Counted from the stretch's first letter, positions 1 through 12,494 are shown. The stretch: DNA of 64,000 nt from Octopus bimaculoides (GCF_001194135.2 NC_068982.1:96278640-96342639); one strand, 5' to 3'. The notes: a model not told the origin generated them from the letters alone. Program-made: numbers and translations.

Positions 1-362
1 ATTTCCAAAGGTCTCGGTCAGAAGTCATTGCCTCGGTGAGGCCCAATGTTCGAAGGTCGTGCCTTACCACCTCATCCCAGGTCTTCCTGGGCCTACCTCT
101 TCCACAGGTTCCCTCAACTGTTAAGGTGTGGCACTTTTTCACTCAGCTATCCTCATCCATTCTCGCTACATGACCATACAAGCGCAGTCATCTCTCTTGC
201 ACACTACAACTGATGCTTCGTAAGTTCAACTTTTCTCTCAAGGTACTGATACTCTGTCTAGTATGCACACTGACATTACACATCCATTGGAGCATACTGG
301 CTTCATTCCTTGCGAGCCTACGCATGTCCTCAGCAGTCACGGCCCATGTTTCACTGCCATAC
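1..362 (-). mobile_element. RTE-clade LINE 3' fragment (RT C-terminal region)
   Basis: Minus ORF 188..388 contains GSETWAVTAEDMRRLARNEASMLQWMCNVSVH...LREKL...QER, typical RTE RT C-terminus; same family at 12.5-13.0 kb and 16.4-16.7 kb. Confidence 0.85.
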
Positions 363-414
363 ACATACACATATATGTATACATGCATGTATTACATATG
401 CATGTATCTACATA

Positions 415-1296
415 TGAGGTGGTATCAAAAAGTTCCTGGGCTAGTTACGTTTAATAACAAAAATAACCTATTTACTAAGTTTAAACATCATCTCCTCCAA
501 AATAGTCACCTTGTGCAGCAATACACTGGTTCCAGCATTCCTGCACTTTTGGAATTAATCTTGGAAGTTGTTTTCCATAAGCGAGTGAAGCACCTTCTAC
601 AAGTTGTTCTAGAACTCAACATGGTGTTAAAACAGCGACCTTTGAGCTGCATTTTCATCTTAGGGAATAGATAGAAGCCCACAGGTGCTAAATCTGGTGA
701 ATAGGGCAGGTGTAGAAGTGATGCTATGTTGTTGTAGGCAAGAAACTCATGAATGAAGAGAGCTCAGTGATAGGGTACATTGTCGTTGTGAAGAAGCCAG
801 ACGTTAGGATTGCCTGCATGGACCCATACAGCTTACCAACAACATCAGCAATATTGTTGATTGTTCTCTGACAATCATGTACAAGCTGATGAACTTTCTC
901 CACATTTCTTGGGGTGACACTAATGGCAAGTCTTTTAGGGATGTTCTTCTGCTTTTCAAGCACCCATGCCACTTGAAACATTGTGTACAACCCATTGCCT
1001 CATCGCTGTAAGCTTGCCAAAGCATGCTCAATCTCTCTGTGGCAGATTGCCCAAGTTCAATGCAAAATTCACTTTGGCTCTTTGTTCCAGCTTCCTGTCC
1101 ATAACAAAATCGCAAACTACAGCATATATGTGATCACAAAAATACAAATTTCACAACTTGCGAAGTAAACACAGTGATGTCACTCAGCACACTGCTTCAT
1201 GAAGGTCACTGCTAGCACTCACTGCACATACAACTGTGTGCTGCCATCTGTTGGCGCACTACAGAACTGGTCCAGGAACTTTTCAATACCACCTCA
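415..1296 (-). mobile_element. Internally deleted mariner (D34D-type) transposon
   Basis: ~25-bp TIRs (tgaggtggtatcaaaaagttcctgg / ccaggaacttttcaataccacctca), TA on left; ORF 804..1115 gives the mariner HTH (FCIELGQSATE...AYSDEAM...FKW...RTSLKD); HNDNVPYH and HLPYSPDLAP motifs with 34-residue spacing. Confidence 0.9.
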
Positions 1297-1680
1297 TTGT
1301 TGTTGTTGTTGGCACTCCATCACTTACGACGTCTAGGGTTCTAGTTGATCCGATCAACGGAACAGCCTGCTCGTGAAATTAACGTGCAAGAGGCTGAGCA
1401 CTCCACAGACACGTGTACTCTTAACATAGTTCTTAGGGTGATTCAGCATGACTCAGAGTGTGACAAGGCTGACCCTTTGAAATACAGGTACAACAGAAAC
1501 AGGAAGTAAGAGTGAGAGAAAGTTGTGGTGAAAGAGTACAGCAGGGTTCGCCACCATCCCCTGCCGGAGCCTCGTGAAGCTTTTGGTGTTTTCGCTCAAT
1601 GAACACTCACAATGCCCGGTCTGGGAATTGAAACCGCGATCCTATGACCACGAGTCTGCTGCCCTAACCACTGGGCCATT
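1297..1680 (-). mobile_element. tRNA-derived SINE, family 2 (head ...atggcccagtggttagggcag..., (CAA)n tail)
   Basis: A/B-box head and near-identity to copies at 39115-39503 and 40929-41300; (TTG)n on + is the tail. Confidence 0.85.
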
Positions 1681-2205
1681 ACATACATATAAACAGGCAT
1701 ATGCACAAACATCCCAACATATATGCTTATTTATTTCCCATTTCAAACTTGATTTTAATTTATTTCTCTTGGCAAGTTCTCGTTTCTTTAGTTCTCAAGA
1801 AAGTATGGGGGTGAGTGGCAACAAGAACAATGGCAGCTACAACTATATCTTCAATACCTACAGCAACAACAACAACAGCAACACTAATTACTCTTGGTTT
1901 CTAGTTTCAAGAATCAGTGTTTGTTTGCACTATAAGTAAATGGTATATCTCGTTCTCTCAATGTAAGTGTATTTTCACACTTATATCAACACACACACAC
2001 ACACACACATGCACACACACACATATGCACACACAGATTTGCACACGCTATACATACGTTCACACATATGCACATACGCATCTATATGATACAGATGCAT
2101 ATACATGATACATACTATTGTTTTTCAAGATACAGGGAACCTAATATAGATAATAATTATAATAAATATGTAGGAGTGTGTTTATGTATGTCTTTGACTC
2201 TGTGC

Positions 2206-2281
<76 letters not shown>

Positions 2282-2492
2282 ATGTGTGTGTTAGTGTATG
2301 TTTGTTTTGTGTCAAGACATCAACCCTAGTTCTGCTCGCTAGTTTATACTTAGGTATGATCTTTGCTTTACAATGTTAAAATAAATGTTAAAATAAAATA
2401 AATATGTCTAGAAAAAGCATGTTTAGTTGTTTCGTTCAATGTTTCTAGAAGGATCCTCCTGTTAACTGGTACCTTTATGTGATCATATTTAC

Positions 2493-2564
2493 TTTTTGAT
2501 CTTTCTGATTTGAACCGACTCTTGAACCTCTTTCATAGCACCAACATTAAAGATTGGTCTGTTG
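2493..2564 (-). CDS. Putative coding exon, unidentified host gene (NRPIFNVGAMKEVQESVQIRKIK)
   Basis: cttttgtacaccag| acceptor, |gtaaat donor, 72 nt, phase 2-2, open frame; could instead end at the in-frame TAA. Confidence 0.3.
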
Positions 2565-2584
2565 CTGGTGTACAAAAGTTTCGA

Positions 2585-2960
2585 GGAGTATGGCTATGTG
2601 GTTAAGAAACTTGCTGCACAACCATGTGTTTTCAGGTTCAGTCCCATTGTATGGTACCTTGGGCAGATGTCTTCTACTTACAACTGTTGACTGATCAAAG
2701 CCTTGTGAGTGAATTTGGGAGACAAAAACTGAAAAGAAACCTGTGTATGTGCTTGTGTGTGTGTGTTTGTGTGTGTGTGTCTGTCTGTGCGTGTGTGCAT
2801 GTGTGTGTGTGCCAGTGCATGATTGTCCTGACATTGCATTTAATTGTAAACAAACCTCACCGTTGTACATGTGATGATAGTTGTTTGCAGTCCTTTGTGA
2901 AAACGTATCTGGACAAAAAGAAAATATTACTTTGCTTGGAAATAGGGGACTACCACGAGA
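2585..2960 (+). mobile_element. tRNA-derived SINE, family 1 (ggagtggctgtgtggtaag head)
   Basis: Head ...ggctatgtggttaagaaacttgc...ggttcagtccc, then gcaagtgtcttctact...aaagccttgtgagt core and (GT)n, shared with many copies in the window. Confidence 0.8.
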
Positions 2961-3184
2961 TCCAGTCCATGTTGTGATATGATGACTTGTGTGCCTCAGT
3001 GACCCTGAGGAGGATATTTAGTTCTGAATCCCTTGATGAGTGCCTCAAGAAATAGGATAGCTATAAATAAAAGAGAATTGAGGACTGAGCATTTGCAGAC
3101 GCCAGTTTATAGTCCCTCTGTGAATTATTTAATGACTGACTATTTTCACAATACATAGTTTGGGCAATACTCTCATGAACCAAA

Positions 3185-3400
3185 GCAGTGAGCTGGCAGA
3201 AACATTGGCACGCCAGGTGAAATGCTTAGCAGTATTTCATCTGTCTTTACGTTCTGAGTTTAAATTCCACCAAGGTTGACTTTGCCTCTCATCCTCTCAG
3301 GATTGATAAATTAAGTACCAGTTGCTTTCTGGGGTTGGTCTAATCGACTAGACCCCATCCCCCAAAATTTTGGGCCTTGTGCTTAGCGTAGAAAAGAATA
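3185..3400 (+). mobile_element. tRNA-derived SINE, family 3 (gagctggcaga...aaattccgccgaggtcgactttgcc)
   Basis: Matches copies at 25768-25905, 27270-27455, 27548-27632 and 59195-59400. Confidence 0.75.
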
Positions 3401-4153
3401 TTCTCATGAACCATTTATCCATGCTTAGCTTTATCATTGTCCTAAACTTTCTCAGTCTAAAAAAGCTAAGTGGAATGAAAAAGCTTTCTCTGTAGTTTGC
3501 ATTTGTGGAAGAAAACTTCATATTTTTGTAGCTGTAGTGCAATAAATATAGCATTTCTGTTTCAAACTCAGCCTAAATCTATCTTGTATTAAATTGCCCT
3601 ATAATTATTTTTACTCTGACCAAAACTGGAGTCTTAAATTTCTCCCCCCCCCCCAGCTCCTTTACCTTTATATAATTTGACAGTTCATGATGCTATGATA
3701 GTCATCAGAGACAAAAAAATCCTTCCTCTACAAACTAATTAACTAGTGACTAGTGTGACACTAATCTATTCTCAAATTTCAAATCCTCAGCAATTATCCA
3801 TAAAAGCTTGCAGCTTTGCACGTTGTTATGTATTTTACAGCTTCCTGTATGATTGCTGATAATCTATGTTTTTCAGAGAGTAAACTCTGTTTTTGTACTC
3901 TTCATTCAGCAACCTCTCATGGGGAGCCAACAAGAGAAGGTTTGTGTGGTTGCTCAACCTACAAGAGAAATAGTATCCAAATCTCCCATAAATTTCACCC
4001 TACTCTCTTAAAAAAGACAGTATGGAACACTTTTGATCATAGTTCTGCGCAATCAGGTTCGACCTGTGGTTAAACAATAGCAATAACAACAACAACCTGC
4101 TTTTGAGACACATCTATACTTCTTATATTTCATTGTCACTGAAAGTTAATGTG

Positions 4154-4199
<46 letters not shown>

Positions 4200-4489
4200 T
4201 TCAAATACTTCTTCACAATAACATCCTGATTCGACATGATTCATGATATGATTCGTTGTCTTGCAATGTCTTTTACTGGGTAAACTTGACATTTAGCTTC
4301 CTGCCTAACCTCTGTCATTGTTCCCTAACAGCTTAAAATTTCCACTTATTTTTGCAAGCTTTTTTTCTTTTATTTATTTACAATACTTGTATGTATCATA
4401 TTGTTTTATGACCATGTTGATTGTTATTTAACTAAGCTTTTACTTCATCGACAAAGCTGATCAGTGGTTTACTCTCTTTTACTCTCTTT

Positions 4490-4897
4490 TACTCTTTTAC
4501 TTGTTTCAGTCATTTGACTGTGGCCATGCTGGAGCACTGCCTTTTAGTCGAGCAAATCGACCCCAGGACTTATTCTTTGGAAGCCTAGTACTTATTCTAT
4601 CGGTTACTATTTGCCGAACCGCTAAGTTACGGGGATGTAAACACACCAGCATCGGTTGTCAAGCGATGTTGGGGGGACAAACACAGACACACAAACAGAC
4701 ATACATATATATATATATATATATACATATATACGACGAGCTTCTTTCAGTTTCCATCTACCAAATCCACTCACAAGGCTTTGGTCGGCCCGAGGCTATA
4801 GTAGAAGACACTTGCCCAAGATGCCACGCAGCGGGACTGAACCTGGAACCATGTGGTTGGTAAGCAAGCTACTTACCACACAGCCACTCCTACGCCT
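4490..4897 (-). mobile_element. Family-1 SINE (complete, uninterrupted head)
   Basis: Reverse complement reads aggcgtaggagtggctgtgtggtaagtagcttgcttaccaacc; (TTTTACTC)n tail at about 4468-4500; this is the empty-site version of the target at 17.2-19.2 kb. Confidence 0.85.
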
Positions 4898-5064
4898 ATG
4901 TTTGCAATAAATTGTTTCATAGAAATGCTCAGTTATTACTGTTTGGTCCTTAAACTTTTTCATATGGTAGCACATTGGAGATGAAATAAAAATAAAAAAA
5001 TACTGATGTATTTTGTATGGTAAGTTTAAATAAAAACTTTTTCTAAAGTCAGAAATTTAGAAAT

Positions 5065-5490
5065 TTATGCACAGGTTTGACTGTGTGTTAAGAAGCTAGC
5101 TTCCTAACCACATTGTTCTGGGTTCAATCCCACTGTGTGGCACCTTGGGCAAGTGTCTTCTATTATAGCTTCATGCCGACCAAAGCCTTGTGAGTGGATT
5201 TGGTAGATGGAAACTGAAAGAAGCTTGTCATGTGTGTGTGTGTATGTGTGTGCATGTATATATGTATGTGTGCCTTTGTGTTTGTCCCTCCATTACTGCT
5301 TGATAGCCTGTGTTGGTGTGTTTATGTCCCCATAACTTAGTGGTTTGGCAAAAGAGCCCAATAGAATAAGTACTAGGCTTTAAAAAAAGTCCTGGGGTTG
5401 ATTTGTTCAACTAAAATCCTTCAAGATGGTGCCCCAGCATGGCCACAGTCAAATGACTGAAACAAGTAAAAGAATAAAAGAATAAAATTG
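5065..5490 (+). mobile_element. Family-1 SINE
   Basis: Same head, core and cagcatggcc...tgactgaaacaagtaaaagaataaaag tail. Confidence 0.8.
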
Positions 5491-5582
5491 TTGCTTAACA
5501 TGTTTCATTAATCATACTTGTATATAACAAAATTATTAACATGTTTTCAAGACATTTAGTATACATTTTCTGATGTCTAACA

Positions 5583-5648
5583 TCATATTTTAAAATTCAG
5601 TAGTGCACTTAGATCCTCTTTGCAATGCAGCATTTGTGCAGGTCTCAG
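5583..5648 (-). CDS. Putative terminal coding exon (LRPAQMLHCKEDLSALLNFKI*)
   Basis: gtgtattatag| acceptor, phase 0, compatible with the 7148-7255 exon; ends in TGA. Confidence 0.3.
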   Translation of the reverse strand: MRPAQMLHCKEDLSALLNFKI

Positions 5649-7147
5649 CTATAATACACTATTTCTGTTTTTCTTCCCCAATAGGCTCCTGCTAGTACCT
5701 GTTAGCCAACCAGCCAGCCTGTCAGCCAGCCAGTCAGCCAACCAGCCAGCCAATCAGCAGCCAGATGGAAGCTGGATCTCATGAAAGTATTCTTCTACTT
5801 TCAATTCTTCATTGTTAATGTTCTATTTGCTTTCATAGCTTTCAGCTTGAACACACTAACCACTCAGCTATACTGTTGGAGATAGTCATACTAAGGACAG
5901 ATTTTATGTTCATGTGCAGACCTGGTTGTGTGGATATGACGATTGTCTTGTTACAATGTAATCTTGAGTTTAGTCTCACTGAATGGTACCTTGGCACGTG
6001 TCTTTCACTGAGGCCTCTGGTTGTTCAATGCCTTGTGAGCGGAAATGGTAGGCAGAAACTGTATGGAAGCCCATCATGTATATACATATATATACATTAC
6101 ATATATATAAGTACACATATATCAGTACAGGTAAAGAAGCTTGCTTCTCAGCCAAGTGGTCTTGGGGTCAGCTCCACAACAGGGCACTTTGGGCAAGTGT
6201 CTTCTACTTTAACTCTCAAGGTAACCTAAGCTTTGCAAGTGGATTTGGTAAGTGGAAACTGAAAGAAATCTGTTGTGTGTGTGTGTGCATGTGTCTGTGT
6301 GTGTGCGTGTGTCTGTGTGTGTGCATTTGCTTATGTATGTGTTTGTGTGTATCCTTGTCTAGACATCATGTGATGGTTTTGAGCATCATTGTCATGCAAA
6401 CTAGGCTGTCCATTTCCAGTTTTCCCAAAGAAACATGTCTAGCTATGGTAAAACATTACTTTGCCTAGAAATAGGTGAAAGTTAGCAACAGGAAGAGCAT
6501 CTGACCATAGAAAATTTACCTGAGCAAATTCCCTCTGACATATACAAGTATGGAAAAGTGAACATTAAGTGGTGGTGGTGTGGTGGTGTTACTGCTGTAA
6601 TGATGATGATGACAATATATGTATATGTGTGTATGTCTGTGTCTGTGTGAATGTTTACATTCTATGTTCTAGTAAGAAAACTTTGACCCAAAAAGAGAGG
6701 TGTTATGATGATGTTCCCTAATAATAAATCTTTCTCTACCTTTTAGCTTTGGCCAACTACTAGAATAAAGATATACAAACCCATACATATTTTAGGTGTA
6801 AGGGTTAGTAATTGGAAGAGCATCTGGTTGTAAAACAATGCTTGAATAGTTATTTATCCAACCCATCCTAGTGTAGAAAAACAGACATAAAATGAATGAA
6901 AGGAGAAATCATGTTCATTTTTTTACCTTATTTAGGACAAAGTTATCAAGCTGGCTCCCTGAAGTTTCTGCTGTAAATAGTAAACTTATTCATACATCTG
7001 AATCACAAAAGTTTCAAGCTATGAAGTGACTATTTTCTGTGTTTATTTTAATTAATATAAGTTATTTTCTATGCTAACATAGCTTAGATATTCATAAATT
7101 TGGGAAAGGATTTATGTCAGGGAGCTATTTCTGTCATCAACGTTTAC

Positions 7148-7255
7148 CTGTCTTTCAAGTAAAGGATTCTTTTTTGTATTCTGGCAGAATTCAAAAGTGT
7201 AAAGCAAGCAGGCAATTTGTTCACAGGAAACATCAACGAATATCACTGGTAGTAG
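7148..7255 (-). CDS. Putative coding exon (LLPVIFVDVSCEQIACLLYTFEFCQNTKKNPLLERQ)
   Basis: 108 nt, phase 0-0, strong cag|gtaaac donor, protein-like composition; acceptor moderate. Confidence 0.45.
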
Positions 7256-7559
7256 CTAAACCACAAATTCGGCATCACTATTTGTAGCCATAGCACATTG
7301 TAGTTTTGTAAATATTCACATAGACACGCAGGAAATGCACACAAACACACACACGCACTCACAGAATCATATATATGCAAAAGGTTTCTTTCAGTTTCTA
7401 TGTACTAAATTCTCTCACAAAGCATTGATCCACTTAGAGCTATAGCAGAAGACACTTGCCCAAGAAGTTACACAGTGGAACAGGCATGGCTGTGTGGTAA
7501 GAGACTTGCTTCCCAACCACATGGTTCTAGGTTCAGTGTGTGTTTGCTTAAAAGCTTTT

Positions 7560-7760
7560 GGTACCAAGTAGCCAGAAACTACCCTCTGAGCAGGTATCAC
7601 CAAGCTTTTGGCAAAATTTGATGTAGATTCTCTGCTCAGCTTTCTCTGTCATGGTCAATGCGACAATCACATGTTACACACCTTCCTTCCAAGCACTGCT
7701 GTAAACAGTGGAAGTGAGCTAGAATGTTAAAACTGAGTGCACATGCACAGCAGAATTCAA
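7560..7760 (-). mobile_element. Mariner 5' fragment
   Basis: Minus strand translates MTEKAEQRIYIKFCQKLGDTCSE, a mariner transposase N-terminus. Confidence 0.75.
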
Positions 7761-7849
7761 GGTCAATCTTTGCCAAGTGGCTTCACTCTGCATCTTTTAG
7801 CTTCATTACTATAGCAAACAGTCAGGATACTTATTGATCAGGATTGTTG

Positions 7850-8030
7850 GCGATTTTTTTCCTCCGTCTTCCTTTTCTCTTGGACTTTCCTCTGTCTCCT
7901 GTCTCTGAAGAAGAGCTTTGCTTGAAACTTAAAACTACCTTTCTTTCCTTCACTGAGCATCTGCTAATACTTTGCATGTACCACGTCCTCGTGTTGTTTT
8001 TTCTTGTGTTTTTCCTTCGTTTTTTGGTGG
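7850..8030 (+). mobile_element. Penelope-LTR-like repeat with degenerate hammerhead motif
   Basis: ctgaagaagagctttgcttgaaac at 7905-7928 resembles the CTGAAGA-stemII-GAAAC motif; related to 32508-32545. Confidence 0.45.
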
Positions 8031-8619
8031 GGATTAACTATGTGTGTGTGTGTATATGAAGACTGTAATATGTATAGATAGTGCTCTAAAGTTTTAGAGT
8101 GTGCCTCTTCTTTCGATATTATTAAATTGAATTAAATTTTTAAACCTCAGCTGGTTTAATAATTGACATGATTCCCATCTCTATCACACGTAGATAGGAA
8201 TAGATAAGCATGAAACTCATAAATCCAACTTCTCTACTCTTTTTTTAAGTTCCTATTATAATTTTTTTCTCTGCACTGATGAGTACTATGATAATTTCCA
8301 AATTCAAATAATAATTTATATCTATGTATGAAACAATTGTATGCATGAATAAACTTCTTACAACTTTTTCACATCTTATATCCTCCATTTTTGACAAATA
8401 TGATTGGATTTGTAGAACTTTATTCCATAAATTAATCATACACTTAATATTCTAATACTACATTTCATATCTTTGCCAATTTACACCAGTAAACTCTCAG
8501 CAAAGTATGAAGAATCAACGTTAGAAATCTTTCTCCCTGTATATATTTATCTTATTTTTAGTATATATTTTCTTCATTTTTAGTATATATTTATATATTT
8601 TTAGTATTTTTTTTTTTTA

Positions 8620-9090
8620 TTCGGAAGTCCTGTGGTGATGGGAAGGTGGTGAAGCATGGAAACATGTAGTCAGCGACCTGCACGTAGGCGGCCCATGCTA
8701 GATATAAAGTCGTCTCTTTGTCGCCCAAGACAGTGGTAGGATTCAGTTGCTGCATGGGTGTCTGAGCAGCTCCATTTGGAGAGGGCACTGCTCACCCGGA
8801 GGCCGGGGAGGTTCTAGAAAAGGTGAACCAAAAATTGCCTGTCTTTCCATGTCTGGTCAGTTTAGCGCGACTGACAGATGTCCACCCTGCACTCGAAAAA
8901 CAAAGAGTCTTTTATTTATAAAATCTGGACAGAACTTAAACATTTCATGTTGGAATATGCGCACTCTGTTGGACAACAAGAGTGATTGTAGGCCTGAAAG
9001 ATGCACTGCACTTGTTGCTCGCGAGCTGAACCGTTATAACATTGATATAGCTGCACTCTCAGAGACTCATTGAAAAGTCAGTGCAGACCC
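8620..9090 (+). mobile_element. RTE (BovB-like) LINE 5' end: UTR and endonuclease N-terminus
   Basis: ORF 8747..9073 ends LNISCWNMRTLLDNKSDCRPERCTALVARELNRYNIDIAALSETH, the RTE APE N-terminal signature. Confidence 0.85.
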
Positions 9091-9104
9091 TTATTTTATT
9101 ATTT

Positions 9105-10834
9105 TTCTTCTTTACATAGACAGTTGGTGATGCCCATTCTGAATAATCTATTTTTTCTATTACTCCAATATTTTTGAGTCTGTCCAATTCCCTGTCTACT
9201 TGGTTCAATGCCATGAAAGGTACAGCTCACTTCGGTTTAAATACCAGAACAGCTTTTTCTTTTACTTCAAATCTTACTTTTGTCTTAGTGCACCTACCTA
9301 AGTCTTCTAAAAAAAAACATCAAGTAACATCTTTTTTGAATTGTCCAATGCCTTATTTGAACTGACATACAAACCATTTACATTATTACAGAAGGTATTT
9401 ATGGGAAGTCCCATAAATCAAATATTAGCATCCACTCTGTAACCAAACAGGTTTATAGTATTTTCAGATACGAAAACTTTAGCTTTCAGTGTCTTCCCAT
9501 AAAATGTCACTTCCGTTGTCATTTTTCCTAAAAATCATACTTGCTTTCCTGAAATACCACCTGCAATTTTTGATGTTTTCTTGAAAGTAGGCCTTCCAGT
9601 CTTTTTCCATGTATCAATGTTTATTATCGAGATATCGCTTCCTGCATCCAATTGCAATTTCGTATTTATGTTATTTACTTTTACAAATACAAATTTTCTT
9701 TTTTGTACCTCACATTCTATTTTCGTTGAGAACACTTTTTTACTTACACTTTCATTTGACCTTTTTTTCTTTAACCAACAATGTGAATTCTTATGTCCTG
9801 TTTTGCCACAACCATTTTTTATTTTTAAAAGGACAGTCCCTTTTAAAATGTATTTCGCCACACCTATAACACAGTTTAGATCTTAGTTGTTTTATTTTCT
9901 TCTTGTTTGTTACAGGTCGACATGCCTGTATATTTACACAGTCCCTTTCAATTTTTTTCTGTCTTTTGTCGTCGATTAATTATCCTTTGGTATTCTTCTA
10001 CCACTGTTTGTAAAGTTAATTTAGTATCTTGCTCTAATTTTGTTAATATTCAAGCTTGTATTTCCCCATCTTTTCTTGCATTTAATCCCTTTATGAAGAT
10101 TAAAGATTTGAACATGTCTGGAGTCAACTCGCTTAGCTTGAGTTTTTCACATTTTTTGTTTAAGATACCTGCATACGTAACAAAATCATCTGTTTCATTC
10201 TTTTTCAAACTCAGGTATTCCCAGCAAATGTTTAATGAACTCCTTTCGCTGAATATCTTTGCTAGGAGGCTAACTGTTTCCTCGAAAGAAATTTCTGGCC
10301 ATTTCCTTGGCAAGATGAAATTACAATATTCTTCGTGTTCCGCCAGTGCTAATTTTTGTAAAAGAAGCCTTACTTTCTTTTCATCTGTCCAACTTTTACA
10401 TTCTTCCTTAAATGTTTCCTCATACCTTCTAAAGTATGCCAAAAATGTAATCCCTTATTCAGGATTATAAATAAATTCCTCAATCGAATTAGCAACTCCA
10501 TCCACTGAAAATGAACCTGATGTGTTTTTCGACTGCAGCAATACTTCTAACAACTGCTGAGTTTGCTGTTGTTGTTCTTGTTGCTGTTTTTGTCGTTCTT
10601 GTGGCTGTTTTTGTTGTTCTTGTTGCTGCTATAGAAGTTGTTGTTGTTGCTGTATCACAATGGCTAACAGTTCTTCCATGCTAAGAACTCTGAGTGTCTT
10701 ACTATTTTGAAGTGGGTGGTTTTATATTACTTTTGCTTGTGCGAAATTCAAAACCTTGCCTTCACTTTTGTGAAGTGCGTTAAGTTAGAATCCTTGTCAC
10801 GACTTTTGCATGTAGTCCAAATCCTTGTCGCCAC
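9105..10834 (-). mobile_element. Gypsy LTR retrotransposon internal region (gag, protease, RT start), 3'-truncated and frameshifted
   Basis: gag ORF 10050..10442 (YFRRYEETF...W..EKKVRLLLQKL...HEEYCNFILP), protease LQLDAGSDISII (9535..9861), RT start VDRELDRL...GVIEKIDYSEWASPTVYVKK; PBS TGGCGAC at 10833-10827. Confidence 0.9.
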
Positions 10835-10972
10835 TGTTATGATGTTTTAATGTAGTTGCACACTTATTGTATATTCATTCACCAATTGTTCAAATCACCA
10901 ACACGTGATCCAACGATATCTCTTCTTAATAGCTTCTATGACTCTCTATAATATGTGGCTGCACATACGACA
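10835..10972 (-). mobile_element. Putative 5' LTR of the Gypsy element (TGT...ACA, ~138 bp)
   Basis: On the minus strand begins TGTCGTATG and ends ...CATAACA one base before the PBS; no second LTR is present to confirm the boundary. Confidence 0.55.
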
Positions 10973-10977
10973 CTGTT

Positions 10978-12394
10978 ATTACTTTATTGGGCACATAGGC
11001 CCAAACACAGAGGGAATGGTACAAGGACAGACAGAACAATACAAATGGAGACAAAAAACATGAAACGGATGAATGAAAATGGATTACAAATAAATGAAGG
11101 TGCAATGGCTACTCGAACCCCACTCTCGAGCAGTACTGTTTAACTGTTCTTTATTAAGGTTCTTAAATCCTTTTTTTTTTCCTTTCATAATATCATGTGT
11201 GTAGTCTCTCCAAAAATATTAAAAACTTACTTACATTTTACCAGTTTATATATGGTTTCAACTCGTCAAAGTTCATGACTTGAAGTAGGTCATCATATAC
11301 CATCTCCACTCCTAATGGGTCTATGTTGGTCCCAAAATATTCCTTTAATTTAGCATATCTTTCCTTGTCTTTTAATATACATTTTGTGTTTTCTGTATAT
11401 TCCTCAGCAATTTCACTCTAATCACCGATTTGAACTTGGTGATTTTTCGTTCAATAGCTGTACTTTTTGTGTACGTCACCACATGCGCTTTGTTTTTACG
11501 GGGCCTTTTGAGGGACTGTGTATTATGCCTGTCTGTGTCTGTTTGTTTCCAAGGTGAACTCGGACTATCTGGGGCGGTTTCCATTTTTCCTTTTGTTGGT
11601 GTTACTGGTGTTGATATATGCTGTGTGAGTGTCTCTTGGGTATTGTGTGTTTGCTGTACAATGTCTTCTGTTTTACTATTTTTCCTTTTCTTTTTGGGGC
11701 TTTTCGACGGTGTATTTACTATTTCCTTTTTCTTTCTTCTGGATATTTCTGTAAATCCCTCTTCTTCTGTGTCTTTCATACACTTCTCCTGGGCTGGGCT
11801 TGTCCTTTCGGTACTGCAACTTGGTTTTCTCTGGTTTCATTGTTTATCTGGGGGCACTTTATTCTGGTGTGCCCATTTTCTCAACAGTGGTAGCATGTTG
11901 GAGGTCTTCCTTCTACCACTACTCTCAGCCTTATGTCCTCAGGCAGTAACACCTCTTCTGCTATTTTGTTCAGGTCTTGCAAGGTGACCTGGATGACCAT
12001 TTCCAGGCCCTAAACCCACACCAATTAATTTTCTTTGTTCTTGCCACTTTTAATATCTTTGCGTCTTTGTGGGTTCCATGCATCACGGCTGCCACCATTC
12101 ACGCTTCTTTATTTTCTGGTGGTACCCTGCCTATCCTAATTCTTGCAACCCTTTTGACACAGTAGGTCAGTAGGAGTATGGGCTTGAACTGGTTCGCAAT
12201 TTATTTTTTCCTAGTCTCTTCACAACAAAATGAGCGAAATAAACAAACAAAAAAACACAGGCCTGCAGGCAATATAGCAACAGTATTCAACAAAATACAA
12301 TAGGCACACCCACATGGGAGAACCTTCAACAAAAGATAACATGACTTATCTGCAACAGGAATCACAAATGATTTAACAGCAACAAATTTTGGCT
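10978..12394 (-). mobile_element. ORF1-only Tx1/L1-like non-LTR element 'C' with 14-bp TSD
   Basis: TSD catacgacactgtt at 10964-10977 and 12395-12408; degenerate ORF1 (RIRIGRVPP...VVVEGRPPTCYHC*ENGHTRIKC, CCHC knuckle); no ORF2; 3' stem-loop plus AATAAA. Confidence 0.75.
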
Positions 12395-12494
12395 CATACG
12401 ACACTGTTCTGATATTTCCAGTATGCATGTGTATTTATACATTTCGGAACCATTTATTTATCCTTTCACAGGGGGGGGGGGTTCAGATTCTACC

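Noticed and set aside
2978-3030. C/D-box snoRNA-like ATGATGA...CTGA with internal hairpin
   Set aside because: Only about 49 nt between boxes, 3-bp terminal stem, and no guide I could match to rRNA.
11430-11987. 185-aa plus-strand hydrophobic ORF
   Set aside because: Antisense shadow of the ORF1 of element C.
12395-12408. Element C target resembles U2 snRNA (AGTGTAGTATC), the Keno target
   Set aside because: Only a partial 9-of-11 match and the flanks are not U2 sequence.
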